Positions 34,500-44,686 of a stretch of 64,000 bases of DNA are shown here, one piece after another (position 1 is the first letter of the stretch; each line of letters begins with the position of its first letter). The notes below the pieces were generated by a model. The model was not told where the DNA came from. It saw only the letters and a list, made by a program, of their open reading frames with translations, and made no database searches. The position numbers and the translations under genes were made by a program. The DNA is from Candidatus Sumerlaea chitinivorans (lineage in GTDB: Bacteria > Sumerlaeota > Sumerlaeia > Sumerlaeales > Sumerlaeaceae): NCBI GenBank assembly GCA_003290465.1, contig CP030759.1:1205144-1269143 (forward strand). Reading direction: 5' to 3'.

Positions 34500-35240
34500 A
34501 TGGTCGAGACCGTTAAACAACAGATCCACGAGCAGATACGGATTGTTCAAGAGCGCATAGCTCGGGCGGCTCAGCGAGTGGGACGCCGCCCTGAGGAGGT
34601 GCGGCTTATCGCCGTGACCAAGACTCATCCTGTGGAGTTTGTGGTCGCAGCAATGGAAGCTGGGATTACGGACATCGGAGAAAACCGAGTTCAGGAGGCG
34701 ATTGCGAAATTTGGCGCTCTTCGTTTGACCCCAATCGCCCAACAGTTGAAGCCACGTTTCCATCTCATTGGCCATCTGCAGACGAACAAAGCAAAGCTTG
34801 CGGTGGAGTGGTTTGACCTGATTCACTCGTTGGATTCCATTAAACTTGCGGATGAGCTCGAGAAACATGCAGCGACTCATGGCCGTATGTGTGAAGTTCT
34901 CATCCAAGTGAACGTGTCAGGTGAGGAAACAAAGTTCGGGATTGAACCCGTGCAGGTCAGAAGTCTCGTAGAACATATCTTGCAGGAATGCCCTCATCTG
35001 GTGGTGCGGGGATTTATGACGATGGCGCCCTTTGAAGCCATTGCGGAGGCAACGCGGCCTCATTTTCGCAAACTTCGCGAGTTGCGGGATTCCCTGCTCC
35101 AACAATTTTGCGGATGCGAGCGTTTCTTAGCTCACGAGCTATCCATGGGAATGACCAACGATTATGAGGTCGCAATCGAAGAAGGAGCCACGATGGTGCG
35201 TATTGGCAGCGCCATCTTTGGTGTGCGGGCTGCCCATTGA
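34500..35240 (+). CDS. yggS: YggS-family pyridoxal-phosphate homeostasis protein
   Basis: ORF 34404..35240; start re-assigned to MVETVKQQI (34500). Pattern RLIAVTKTHPVEFVVAAMEAGITDIGENRVQEA...HLIGHLQTNKAK...VRGFMTMAP...LSMGMTNDYEVAIEEGATMVRIGSAIFG. Confidence 0.88.
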   Translation: MVETVKQQIHEQIRIVQERIARAAQRVGRRPEEVRLIAVTKTHPVEFVVAAMEAGITDIGENRVQEAIAKFGALRLTPIAQQLKPRFHLIGHLQTNKAKLAVEWFDLIHSLDSIKLADELEKHAATHGRMCEVLIQVNVSGEETKFGIEPVQVRSLVEHILQECPHLVVRGFMTMAPFEAIAEATRPHFRKLRELRDSLLQQFCGCERFLAHELSMGMTNDYEVAIEEGATMVRIGSAIFGVRAAH

Positions 35241-35301
35241 GAAGGCTATGGAGAACTCGGATGCCGCAAAAGTGATAACCTCTTGAAATAGAAAGGATGG
35301 G

Positions 35302-36384
35302 GTGTTGCACAACGCAGCCAGCCACAAAGGGCCTGACACTGTTGGCAAAGGTAATGTGTCTTCAGTGTCATTAGCGAACGACGACACATGTTGCTCTGCT
35401 GTTCTTGAGGTGAATGAGCTATGTGTCGAATTCGCCACGGCAGAGGGACAGTACCGCGCAGTGGACGGAGTGACATTTGAACTCCGGAGAGGTGCCACCG
35501 TTGGCCTCGTCGGCGAGTCGGGCTCGGGTAAAACTGTAACCGCTTTGAGTATCATGCAGCTTCTCCCGAAACCGACGGGTCGCGTTCTCTCCGGCTCGAT
35601 CCGTTTTCTCGGACAAGAACTTGTGGGGCAGCCTGAGCATGAGCTCCGTGCACTCCGTGGGAACCGCATTTCGATGATCTTTCAGGAACCCACCACTTGC
35701 TTGAATCCTCTGATAACCGTAGGCGACCAAGTCGCTGAAGTGCTTCGTGTGCATAAAGGGTTGAGCCGACGTGATGCGCTGGAAGAGACCTTGAAACTCT
35801 TTGAACTCGTCAAAATTGCGGCGCCACGCGAGCGACTGCATGCGTATCCGCATCAGTTGAGCGGTGGGATGCGTCAGCGGGTGATGATTGCAATGGCAAT
35901 TGCGTGCAATCCTGACCTGCTGATCGCAGATGAGCCGACCACAGCCTTGGATGTCACGGTTCAGGCGCAAATTCTGGCCCTTCTGGAGGAACTTCGCGTT
36001 CAATCCTCGGCTGCGATTCTTCTTATTACGCATGATCTCGGCATTGTGGCCGAAATGTGTGACGAAGTCTTGGTTATGTACGCTGGGCAGATTGTCGAGC
36101 AGGCCGACGTCTACACTCTTTTCTCGCGTCCCCTCCATCCATACACTTTGGGCCTGCTTCGTTCGCTCCCCAAAATGGAGCACGGAAAAAGTCGGCTAAC
36201 TCTCTACAGCATTCCGGGAACAGTGCCAGACCCTCGCCATTTCCCGAGCGGGTGCCGATTTCATCCTCGTTGTGAATTTGCAGAGGCTCGGTGTAAGAGC
36301 GAAATCCCTGCTTTCACGCACGCCGACAAAAACCACCTCGTGCGATGTCACCTGTGGGATAAAATTGAATCACGTGAGCTCTGA
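35302..36384 (+). CDS. Peptide/nickel-type ABC transporter ATP-binding protein (OppD/DppD-like), orphan
   Basis: 360 aa; Walker A GESGSGKTVT, signature LSGGMRQRVMIAMAIA, Walker B LLIADEPTTALD, C-terminal oligopeptide-ABC extension with Cys pairs. True start probably downstream of the track start. No cognate permease or binding protein adjacent. Confidence 0.75.
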   Translation: MLHNAASHKGPDTVGKGNVSSVSLANDDTCCSAVLEVNELCVEFATAEGQYRAVDGVTFELRRGATVGLVGESGSGKTVTALSIMQLLPKPTGRVLSGSIRFLGQELVGQPEHELRALRGNRISMIFQEPTTCLNPLITVGDQVAEVLRVHKGLSRRDALEETLKLFELVKIAAPRERLHAYPHQLSGGMRQRVMIAMAIACNPDLLIADEPTTALDVTVQAQILALLEELRVQSSAAILLITHDLGIVAEMCDEVLVMYAGQIVEQADVYTLFSRPLHPYTLGLLRSLPKMEHGKSRLTLYSIPGTVPDPRHFPSGCRFHPRCEFAEARCKSEIPAFTHADKNHLVRCHLWDKIESREL

Positions 36385-36478
36385 GGCGTTATTCAGCGCT
36401 TGACTGCATCAGACGCTACTAATAGAGGTGAGCATTGTCATTGAGTACAGTATATGAAACTCAGGAGCAATCCGAGCC

Positions 36479-37663
36479 ATGCAGACGTTGAGATTTGCTC
36501 TCGTGGCAGCCGTGCTGACGGCCATGGTCATGAGCCCCTCGCTTGAAGAGCCGCGCGTTGCCACTGTGGAAACCCCTCGTGAGGCCCCCATGGCAGTGCT
36601 CCGTGTCCAACCCATGGTTCCGACAATTGCCGCCCCGAGTCGGGCACCCATTTCGGCTTATGCATCAGCCCACAAACCTTTGGAAGGAATTCGCATTTGC
36701 ATCGATCCCGGCCATGGCGGACAAGAAAAATGGGACAAGATCCTCTACACCGGCGGAACACGCGGCGTGGTTACGGGCCAAACCGAAAGCGATGTGAATT
36801 TGCGCGTTGCGCTCTTGCTGCGGCAATACCTGGAAGCTGCCGGGGCCGACGTCATTATGACTCGAACTTCGGATGAGCGTTGTACGAACTGCGGCGATAA
36901 ACGAGACGAACTGGATTTCCGCCCCAATTTGGCGAACTCGACAAACTCCGATATTTTCGTGAGCATTCACCACAACGAGGCAAATGACCCCTCAGTAAAT
37001 TATACGATGACGTTCTTCCCCGCCGGCATGCCCAGTGCAGCCTCGTTGGCTGATAACGTGGCTTCTGCGGTGTCACGTTACCTGGGTACTCCATGCGCCG
37101 GGGCAAGACCGGGAACCTATCGGATTTTACAGAAGGCAAAGATGCCGGCGGTCTTAGTTGAGGCATCGTTTATGAGTAATCCGAGTGAGGACCTTCGGCT
37201 TCAGTCGCTTGCCTACAACAAGCTGGAGGCCAAGGCGATCGCCACGGGTATCCTCAACTATGTTCGAGCCACAAAAGGGCGTCCTGTCGATTTCTCCACA
37301 ATCTTTGCGCCAATTGACGAACAAGCTCCTGCGGCGCAAGCAATTGCGGATGCGACCATCGTGCGAAAGACAATTCGCGAGAAAAAGTCCCTCTTCGGAC
37401 GCAAATATGAAGAGGTAGCGCTCGACGCCACGGGGCGTGTCATCAGCCGACGAGACATTGGTGGTGGCAGCCTGAGTAAAAAACGTCCAGCCGCCCAAAA
37501 GGTTGTCGCTTCGGCAACTGGAAAGCGTCAAATTTCAAGCAGCGTCACAAAGGCCTCGAAATCTGCATCGGTAGCGCACTCCAAGGCGCCTGCCAAGAAA
37601 GCCTCCAGCGGGAAAGCAAGTTCTGCAAAACCGACGAAGACCAAAAAAATGGTTGTCAAATAG
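36479..37663 (+). CDS. N-acetylmuramoyl-L-alanine amidase (Amidase_3 family) with basic C-terminal tail
   Basis: 394 aa; signal peptide; catalytic pattern [10 protein letters not shown]...[10 protein letters not shown]...[10 protein letters not shown]...[10 protein letters not shown]...[13 protein letters not shown]; C-terminal ~60 aa Lys/Ser/Ala-rich. Confidence 0.85.
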   Translation: MQTLRFALVAAVLTAMVMSPSLEEPRVATVETPREAPMAVLRVQPMVPTIAAPSRAPISAYASAHKPLEGIRICIDPGHGGQEKWDKILYTGGTRGVVTGQTESDVNLRVALLLRQYLEAAGADVIMTRTSDERCTNCGDKRDELDFRPNLANSTNSDIFVSIHHNEANDPSVNYTMTFFPAGMPSAASLADNVASAVSRYLGTPCAGARPGTYRILQKAKMPAVLVEASFMSNPSEDLRLQSLAYNKLEAKAIATGILNYVRATKGRPVDFSTIFAPIDEQAPAAQAIADATIVRKTIREKKSLFGRKYEEVALDATGRVISRRDIGGGSLSKKRPAAQKVVASATGKRQISSSVTKASKSASVAHSKAPAKKASSGKASSAKPTKTKKMVVK

Positions 37664-37712
37664 CTGCCGCTCAGGGGTTGTACACTCGAAATTATTGCAT
37701 CGAGGTGCAAAC

Positions 37713-39584
37713 ATGCGTAGTGACACCATTAAGCGGGGCTTAGAGCGTGCTCCCCACCGTGCACTCCTGAAAGCAACCGGCGTCCGCGATGAAGACATGC
37801 ATAAGCCGTTCATCGCGATTGCGAACTCTTACGTGGACATTATACCTGGTCATGTCCACCTTAAAGAGGTCGGCGAATACGTTAAGGCCTGTGTGCGCCA
37901 GGCTGGTGGCGTGCCTTTTGTCTTCAACACCATTGGCGTGGATGACGGCATTGCTATGGGACACACAGGCATGAAGTATTCGTTGCCGTCGCGCGAACTC
38001 ATCGCAGATTCCGTGGAAACCATGATCCGCGCCCACTGCTTCGATGCAATGATTTGCATCCCAAACTGTGATAAGATTGTCCCCGGCATGCTCATGGGCG
38101 CGATGCGGTGCAATATCCCCACCATTTTTGTCAGCGGTGGGCCGATGGAAGCCGGTCGCACAGCAAGCGGCCAAACCGTGGACTTAATCAGTGTCTTCGA
38201 AGGGGTGGGCGCACGCCAAGCGAACCAAATCTCGGACGAAGAGTTGAAACAACGCGAAGACGCGGGCTGCCCAACCTGTGGCTCGTGCAGCGGAATGTTC
38301 ACGGCGAATTCTATGAATTGCCTGTGCGAAGCATTAGGTATGGCGTTGCCAGGTAACGGGACAGTTTTGGCCACAAATCGCGAGCGCCTAAAGCTGTACC
38401 GGTGGGCAGCTTTCCAGATCATGGAGCTGCTCCGGAGAGATATTAAACCACGCGATATCGCTACGCTTGAGGCCTTCGACAATGCGATGATCTTGGACAT
38501 GGCGATGGGAGGCTCAACAAATACGCTCCTGCACCTACTCGCGATCGCCCGCGAGGCGGGCATTGAGTACACGATGGATCGCGTAAACGAACTCTCTCGC
38601 AAAACACCCAACCTGTGCAAGGTGTCCCCCTCGTCGAAGTACCACGTCGAAGATGTGGCACGGGCGGGTGGCATTCACACAATTCTGTGGGAAATCTTGC
38701 AGGGCAAGCCTGGGTTACTTACTGAAAGCTGCCTGACGGTGACCGGCGAAACACTTGGGGACAACATCAGGAAGTACTCAGTACGGTCCCCAGAATGTTG
38801 TGAAATCGGTCGGATTCAGACAGAGCGGGGAAGCATCCCGACCGGGCGCTTGCGTGATGAGGTGGTTGCAATTCTTCAAGAGGAAACTCAACGCGTGCGG
38901 AGCGGCCATGAGGAGCCTGAGCCCGAGACGGCGGTGCGGGCTGCGGATTCCATGCCTTTTGATGCGTTCGATGTAATTCGTACCGTTCAGAATGCATACT
39001 CCCCCGAAGGCGGATTGTCGATTCTGTATGGCAACCTTGCCGAACGGGGTGCTGTCGTGAAAACAGCTGGCGTCGACCCCAAAATGCTTGTCCATAGCGG
39101 CCCCGCGGTTGTGTTCGAGTCGCAAGAGGATGCGTGTAAGGGAATTTTAAGCGGTAAGGTGAAGCCCGGAGATGTGGTGGTGATTCGAAACGAAGGGCCG
39201 AAGGGTGGCCCTGGCATGCAGGAAATGCTTGCTCCAACGTCCTACATCAAGGGCATGGGCCTTGGCGACAAGTGCGCGCTTGTTACCGACGGGCGTTTCA
39301 GTGGGGGCACTGCCGGCGCATGCATTGGGCACGTCTCGCCCGAAGCTGCGGCTGGTGGTGTGATTGGTCTTCTTAAGGACGGCGATATTATTGATATTGA
39401 TATACCGAACCACAAGCTCAACGTGCGGCTCAGCCCTGAGGAAATTGCTCGGAGGCGCGAAGAACTGGAGAAAGCTGGTGGATGGAAATCTCGCTTGCCC
39501 GAAGAACTCCGCCGCGGTTGGCTGGGCCGCTATATGGCAATGGCCACAAGCGCGGACACAGGTGCGGTGCTGCGCTGGGAGTAA
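37713..39584 (+). CDS. ilvD: Dihydroxy-acid dehydratase
   Basis: ORF 37653..39584; ATG at 37713 preceded by GAGGTG ([23 protein letters not shown]). Motifs [47 protein letters not shown] (Fe-S cysteines), GRFSGGT. Confidence 0.92.
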   Translation: MRSDTIKRGLERAPHRALLKATGVRDEDMHKPFIAIANSYVDIIPGHVHLKEVGEYVKACVRQAGGVPFVFNTIGVDDGIAMGHTGMKYSLPSRELIADSVETMIRAHCFDAMICIPNCDKIVPGMLMGAMRCNIPTIFVSGGPMEAGRTASGQTVDLISVFEGVGARQANQISDEELKQREDAGCPTCGSCSGMFTANSMNCLCEALGMALPGNGTVLATNRERLKLYRWAAFQIMELLRRDIKPRDIATLEAFDNAMILDMAMGGSTNTLLHLLAIAREAGIEYTMDRVNELSRKTPNLCKVSPSSKYHVEDVARAGGIHTILWEILQGKPGLLTESCLTVTGETLGDNIRKYSVRSPECCEIGRIQTERGSIPTGRLRDEVVAILQEETQRVRSGHEEPEPETAVRAADSMPFDAFDVIRTVQNAYSPEGGLSILYGNLAERGAVVKTAGVDPKMLVHSGPAVVFESQEDACKGILSGKVKPGDVVVIRNEGPKGGPGMQEMLAPTSYIKGMGLGDKCALVTDGRFSGGTAGACIGHVSPEAAAGGVIGLLKDGDIIDIDIPNHKLNVRLSPEEIARRREELEKAGGWKSRLPEELRRGWLGRYMAMATSADTGAVLRWE

Positions 39585-39681
39585 ATGAGTGTTTTGACCT
39601 TACTCTCGCCGGCGAATGGCAATCGGCCTTGGTGCTTTGGCGCTGCCTCAGAATAGGGAGAAGGTAGGCTCTTTAAAGAGC

Positions 39682-40860
39682 ATGAAACCCAAGCAGGTTC
39701 TTATCGCTCACCAGAACTCAATTCCCCATTACCGAGTTCGCTTTTATGAACTACTTGAGGAACGTCGGCCGCGGGACTGGGAATTTCGTGTTGTATTCGA
39801 TACGTGCCCGAAGCGTTACCAGCGATTCTTTAAAGTTCCCATCACGCCGTCTCAGTTTAAATTCCCCATTCTCGATGTACGGTCGTTTTTCCTGCATCCG
39901 CAACGAGATGACGTTGTTTGGCAGACTTTTTTTCTTGCGGCACGGCAAGCCGACCTTCTGATCACTGACACATATCTTAAGAACCTGACTTATCCGGCGA
40001 CCTTAATGTGGAAAGGTTTTGGCCAAAAACGCATTTTCTGGGGTATCAGTCGTCATCGGAGCATTCCTAAAGAAGAGCAGTCTCCGCCCAAGCGCCTCTT
40101 GGAATGGATAAAACAGCGAATGATAAGGTGTGCTGACCTTTTTTTTGCTTACACGCCGGGTGAAAAGGAGTGGCTCATTGCTCACGGTTGGCCAGAAGAT
40201 CGCGTCATTAGTCTGAACAACACAATAGATACTCTCGCTCTACGTCGCGACTATCTTGCTCTAAAAGATAAGCGTGGGGCCGTTCGGTCAGAGTTGGGGG
40301 TCAGTGACCGGCATGTGCTGATCTACGTGGGAAGACTCATCCAAGGCAAGCGGGTTGAATTTCTTTTGGATTCGTTTCGTCGATGGCAAGCGGTAGATCC
40401 CATGGCAACTCTCTTTGTTTCGGGTGGGGGTGATTTCGGGAACAAACTCGAATCCCTGGCGAAGGAAGCGTTTCCAGAAGGAACCGTTCATTATTTTGGA
40501 GCACTGCCGGACGCGGAACTGTCGAGAATCTTATTGGCCTCCGATGTCTACGTCATTCCGGGCAGAGTAGGCTTGGCCCCGCTAACCGCAATGTGTTTTG
40601 ACTTGCCAGTGGTTGCCTTCGACCTGCCAATCCATAGCCCTGAGATTGAGTATTTGACCCCTGAGAATTCAGTAATCCTGCCGGCGTCGACCACGCCCGA
40701 AGAGTTTGCTGAGCAACTGCCTAAGATTTTTGAACAGTTTAGCGACCCTGCACGGCGGGCCAAGATCTACCCGTCCATCGCTCACCTAACAATGGAAGCT
40801 ATGGTGGACCGCTTTATCGAGGGGATCGAGCGGGTCTTCGCTCTCGACCGGAAAGCCTAA
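39682..40860 (+). CDS. Glycosyltransferase, group 1 (GT4-like)
   Basis: ORF 39616..40860; start MKPKQVLIAH (39682). C-terminal GT1 pattern LIYVGRLIQGKRVEFLLDSF...VIPGRVGLAPLTAMCFDLPVVAFD. Confidence 0.7.
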   Translation: MKPKQVLIAHQNSIPHYRVRFYELLEERRPRDWEFRVVFDTCPKRYQRFFKVPITPSQFKFPILDVRSFFLHPQRDDVVWQTFFLAARQADLLITDTYLKNLTYPATLMWKGFGQKRIFWGISRHRSIPKEEQSPPKRLLEWIKQRMIRCADLFFAYTPGEKEWLIAHGWPEDRVISLNNTIDTLALRRDYLALKDKRGAVRSELGVSDRHVLIYVGRLIQGKRVEFLLDSFRRWQAVDPMATLFVSGGGDFGNKLESLAKEAFPEGTVHYFGALPDAELSRILLASDVYVIPGRVGLAPLTAMCFDLPVVAFDLPIHSPEIEYLTPENSVILPASTTPEEFAEQLPKIFEQFSDPARRAKIYPSIAHLTMEAMVDRFIEGIERVFALDRKA

Positions 40861-40869
40861 CGCTGCTGC

Positions 40870-41496
40870 CTACGTGTCATTCGGCCCAGCCTCAACTCCC
40901 GCGGAGGTATCGGGGAAAAGCTCTTCTTGTACGGCGTCTGGAATTGTGTGGCAATAACGACATCGCGCCTCGTATGCATCACCTGCGCCAATCAGGACAA
41001 GGTCTTTGTTTTGTACTTTTCGTTGGGTGCGGTGGGCAGGAGCACCACACACCACGCAAATAGCGAGCATTTTTTGAACGTACTCCGCAACCGCCATGAG
41101 TTCAGGCACAGGATGCCACGGACGGCCGCGGTAATCTTGATCGAGCCCAGCACAAATCACTCGGATCCCTCGGTTTGCCAACTCCTCGCACACGGCAACT
41201 ATTTCGGAACCGAGAAATTGAACCTCGTCAATTCCAACAACTTCAGTATCCGGCTCAAGATAACGGTAGATATCTGCTGCTGCCCCAATCGTAACGCACG
41301 GAATCTGCTGTTGTGAGTGGGAGGAAATGCAACTTTCGCTATAGCGGGTGTCGATCTGAGGCTTGAAAGCAATAACCTTTTGGCGGGCAATCTGAGCGCG
41401 GCGCAGACGCCGGATAAGCTCTTCGCTCTTACCGCTAAACATACTTCCACAAATGACTTCGATCCAACCACGGTTTGGATATTTCAGAACATGCAT
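40870..41496 (-). CDS. tdk: Thymidine kinase
   Basis: 208 aa; P-loop GSMFSGKSEELIRR, VIGIDEVQF, C-terminal zinc ribbon CVVCGAPAHRTQR...ARCRYCH. Confidence 0.9.
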   Translation of the reverse strand: MHVLKYPNRGWIEVICGSMFSGKSEELIRRLRRAQIARQKVIAFKPQIDTRYSESCISSHSQQQIPCVTIGAAADIYRYLEPDTEVVGIDEVQFLGSEIVAVCEELANRGIRVICAGLDQDYRGRPWHPVPELMAVAEYVQKMLAICVVCGAPAHRTQRKVQNKDLVLIGAGDAYEARCRYCHTIPDAVQEELFPDTSAGVEAGPNDT

Positions 41497-41616
41497 GACC
41501 CCATTGCCCTCGAGGATTGCGCCTTCGTCAAGCTTGGACGTAGGACGTTTTCTTGCTCAGCTCTCTTGCAGTCACACCATATTGAAAAACGCCCAAAAAC
41601 GTCGGTTGCGTCGCGA

Positions 41617-42726
41617 TTATCGTTCCAGCAGTACTTCCAAAATCCGCCTTGCAGCGTGGCCATCGCCAAAGGGGTTTTGGTGAATCGAAGTCGGTGGGTG
41701 AACGACTTTTGTCCGCGCGAGGCATTCTTGTGCGGCTTGAATAAGTCTCTCCGCATTTGTGCCAACAATGTGCGCCCTCCCCGTTTCCAAAACCTCCGGT
41801 CTTTCCGTCACTTCACGCGTGATGAGAAGCTCTTTCCCAAGCGCGGTAGCTTCTTCTTGTACCCCACCCGAATCCGTAATTACGAGGGTTGCGTGCTTGA
41901 GCAAAGTCAGGAAGGAAGGGTAATCGGGCGGCTCGATCACTTGGACATTCGCGCACGGGTCAAGCAACTCACGGACAACATCACGCACGTTCGGATTCGG
42001 ATGTACGGGGAACACCCATTCGACTTCCGGATGTTGTTCTGCAAGCTTCCGCAAGGCCATTAGGACAGCCCTCAGTGGAGCACCAAAATTTTCACGCCGA
42101 TGAAGTGTGATGAGCACAAATCGGCGAGCTATGATGCTGCGAATCTGTTCCGAAATCGGCAGTTCTTGACGCAGCACCCATTGAACGGCGTCCACAACCG
42201 TGTTGCCGGTCACATAGATACGGTCCGGCGATATCCCTTCCTGTAGCAGATTCACTCGGGCTTGTTGAGTTGGGGCAAAGTGGTACTGGGCAATATGGCT
42301 AATTAGGCGCCTATTGATTTCTTCAGGAAACGGCGCGTAGGGATCGGCGGTGCGTAGACCTGCTTCCACGTGAGCCACGGGAATGCGTTCATAGAACGCA
42401 CACATTGCTCCCACAAATGCACTGGTAGTGTCACCCTGCACAATCACCCAATCCGGTCGCTCCTCGGCAAGGATGGGCGGCAGTGTCTCGAACAATCGGG
42501 CAGTGAGTTGCGGCAAGGTTTGGTTGGGTATCATCACGCCAAGCCAATGGTGCGGCTGCAGTCCAAAGACGTCGCACGCTTGCTTCAGCAACTCGTTATG
42601 CTGCCCTGTTGCACAAATCCTCACCTCAGCCCTTGGTTCGATCGCTTGGGCTTGGATGGCAATGGGAGCGAGTTTTATCGCCTCCGGACGCGTACCAAAA
42701 ATCAGAAGCAGTCTTTTCTGTCTCAT
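41617..42726 (-). CDS. wecB: UDP-N-acetylglucosamine 2-epimerase (non-hydrolysing)
   Basis: 369 aa; LLIFGTRPEAIKLAPI, HVEAGLRT, QGDTTSAF and overall WecB/MnaA pattern. Confidence 0.88.
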   Translation of the reverse strand: MRQKRLLLIFGTRPEAIKLAPIAIQAQAIEPRAEVRICATGQHNELLKQACDVFGLQPHHWLGVMIPNQTLPQLTARLFETLPPILAEERPDWVIVQGDTTSAFVGAMCAFYERIPVAHVEAGLRTADPYAPFPEEINRRLISHIAQYHFAPTQQARVNLLQEGISPDRIYVTGNTVVDAVQWVLRQELPISEQIRSIIARRFVLITLHRRENFGAPLRAVLMALRKLAEQHPEVEWVFPVHPNPNVRDVVRELLDPCANVQVIEPPDYPSFLTLLKHATLVITDSGGVQEEATALGKELLITREVTERPEVLETGRAHIVGTNAERLIQAAQECLARTKVVHPPTSIHQNPFGDGHAARRILEVLLER

Positions 42727-42896
42727 GGTTGGCCTTCTTAGTTGGGAATTCTAACAAGTCCTTGCCAAATCAAATTTTGCCTTGATAGTAATTAGGACCA
42801 CAACGGTCGCGGTTCGCGGAAAATCCGTTGGCATGTTTTCGTTGATTGACGTTCATCAGTTTATCACCACGAACTACGTTTCAGAAAGGTTCGGAA

Positions 42897-43763
42897 ATGG
42901 CCGAGAATCTAAAGGCGCTGCGGCGACGCCTGCGGACAATTCGAAACACCAAGCAGATTACGCGCGCGATGGAAATGGTTAGCGCGGCAAAGTTGCGCCG
43001 TGCACAAAATGCGCTTTTTGCAGGAAGGCCTTACGCGTCCAAGCTTACGGACGTGTTAGCTCGCCTCAGTGCAAGCGGCACCGTCGCACACCCCCTTCTT
43101 GCTCAGCGGGAGCTGCGGCAAAGGTGGCTTGTTGTTGTGACTGCCGACCGCGGGCTTGCCGGAGCGTTCAACGCGCAAATCATAAAACAAGCCGAACAAT
43201 TCCTGCGGGAAAATCCTGAAAACGTAGCTCTCGTGTGCATTGGAAAAAAGGGGTTCGACTACTTTCGGACGAAGAAATGGCAGATTGCGTGGGCGGTGAC
43301 CGACCTCAATGCCAGAATCTCCTCGCAACGAGCAAACGAAATCGCTGATCGCCTTATGGAGAGTTTCCTAAACGAGGAGACCGACGAGGTTCTGTTGCTC
43401 TACAACAAATTTATCTCCACACTGGTGTATCGGCCTGCTCTGGAGCCCATTTTGCCACTGCGGGCTATCACAGGGCAGGAGACGGAAACCCGAAGTTCGG
43501 TACGAGAATACCTGCTGGAGCCCTCACCCGATGCTGTCCTTCAGGCCTTGCTGCCGCGCTTCGTTCGAAGTAAAATCTTTATCATGTTAGCAGAAACCTT
43601 CACTGCTGAGCACAGCGCCAGAATGGTGGCAATGAGTGGGGCAACACGCAATTGCGAAGAGCTTACGGACAAACTCACGCTCAGGTTGAACAAAGTACGC
43701 CAAGCGGCAATCACGAAGGAGATTATTGAAATCGTGAGTGGGGCCGAGGCACTGAAGGCCTGA
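42897..43763 (+). CDS. atpG: F-type ATP synthase gamma subunit
   Basis: ORF 42846..43763 (TTG); ATG at 42897 after AAAGG. N-terminus MAENLKALRRRLRTIRNTKQITRAMEMVSAAKLRRAQ and C-terminus ...ITKEIIEIVSGAEALKA are canonical gamma-subunit helices. No other atp genes adjacent. Confidence 0.9.
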   Translation: MAENLKALRRRLRTIRNTKQITRAMEMVSAAKLRRAQNALFAGRPYASKLTDVLARLSASGTVAHPLLAQRELRQRWLVVVTADRGLAGAFNAQIIKQAEQFLRENPENVALVCIGKKGFDYFRTKKWQIAWAVTDLNARISSQRANEIADRLMESFLNEETDEVLLLYNKFISTLVYRPALEPILPLRAITGQETETRSSVREYLLEPSPDAVLQALLPRFVRSKIFIMLAETFTAEHSARMVAMSGATRNCEELTDKLTLRLNKVRQAAITKEIIEIVSGAEALKA

Positions 43764-43784
43764 TTTGGACTCGCGATTCTCACG

Positions 43785-44654
43785 ATGAAAGAGGCTGAAG
43801 CCAGCAAACGCAAACATAGTGGCGCAGGAGAGGATTTCGCTGCCGCGATCGCCGATCTTCCGCTCATCAGCCGTGTTTACTTTTTTCCAGAAATTGATTC
43901 GACTTCGACGTGGGCGCACCAACTTCTTCTCAAGTCTGGGTACTCAGCCGCTCTCCACGGCTCGATTGTTCTCGCAGACTACCAGACTGCCGGTCGAGGA
44001 CGATACCAGCGTGCATGGGTAAGTCCTCCGCAACGGTCTTTACTATTCACCCTGATTCTAAGTGCCAACGCTTTCCCGTTCAAAGCACAACGCTCTCTTG
44101 CGACGAGGAGCCAGCATGTCGCCCAATGGCTGAGCCTTGCCGCTCCATTGTCCGTTTGCGAGGGACTGCAGGAGGCAGCGCAAATACCGGCGCGCGTGAA
44201 GTATCCAAACGATGTGTACGTGCACGACAGTAAGATTGCGGGTATCTTGCTCGAGAATTCTGGCAGCGAACATGAATGGTTTCTTGTAGGAATTGGCGTG
44301 AACGTAAATCAGACTCGCGACGAGCTGCCGTCCCCAGCCGAATGCCAAGCAACGTCACTTTTTTGTGAGACCCAGCGGCAGTTTGAGCGGCCCCGCGTAC
44401 TTCGGGCCATTCTCGAAAAGCTGAGTCGGTGGTGGGAATTAGGAGATATTGCCCCCCTCACCCGACGGATGAATGAGTTGTGCTACACCATTGGGCGACT
44501 GGTGAAGATTGTCCTCCCAGAGACCGAAATTATGGGAGTCGCTTTAGGAATTGCTCCCGGCGGGGCACTTCTGGTACGGGATTCAGCGGGACGCACCCGC
44601 GAAGTGTATGCGGGTGATATCCGGGAACTGCGCTTTATAGAGCCAAAGCCATAG
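43785..44654 (+). CDS. birA: Biotin--[acetyl-CoA-carboxylase] ligase
   Basis: 289 aa; YQTAGRGRYQRAWVSPP (GRGRxGR biotin-binding loop), KYPNDVYV, KIAGILLE. No obvious N-terminal HTH. Confidence 0.85.
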   Translation: MKEAEASKRKHSGAGEDFAAAIADLPLISRVYFFPEIDSTSTWAHQLLLKSGYSAALHGSIVLADYQTAGRGRYQRAWVSPPQRSLLFTLILSANAFPFKAQRSLATRSQHVAQWLSLAAPLSVCEGLQEAAQIPARVKYPNDVYVHDSKIAGILLENSGSEHEWFLVGIGVNVNQTRDELPSPAECQATSLFCETQRQFERPRVLRAILEKLSRWWELGDIAPLTRRMNELCYTIGRLVKIVLPETEIMGVALGIAPGGALLVRDSAGRTREVYAGDIRELRFIEPKP

Positions 44655-44686
44655 CGAAAGGCAACGGAGGTTAAAGGTAACCACGA

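Noticed and set aside
35419-36183. 254-aa minus-strand ORF inside the OppD-like gene
   Set aside because: Antisense to an ABC ATPase with intact Walker and signature motifs.
37850-38674. 274-aa minus-strand ORF inside ilvD
   Set aside because: Antisense to dihydroxy-acid dehydratase; Ser/Arg-rich low-complexity translation.
41317-42063. 248-aa plus-strand ORF overlapping tdk and wecB
   Set aside because: Overlaps two well-supported minus-strand genes in antisense; no motifs.
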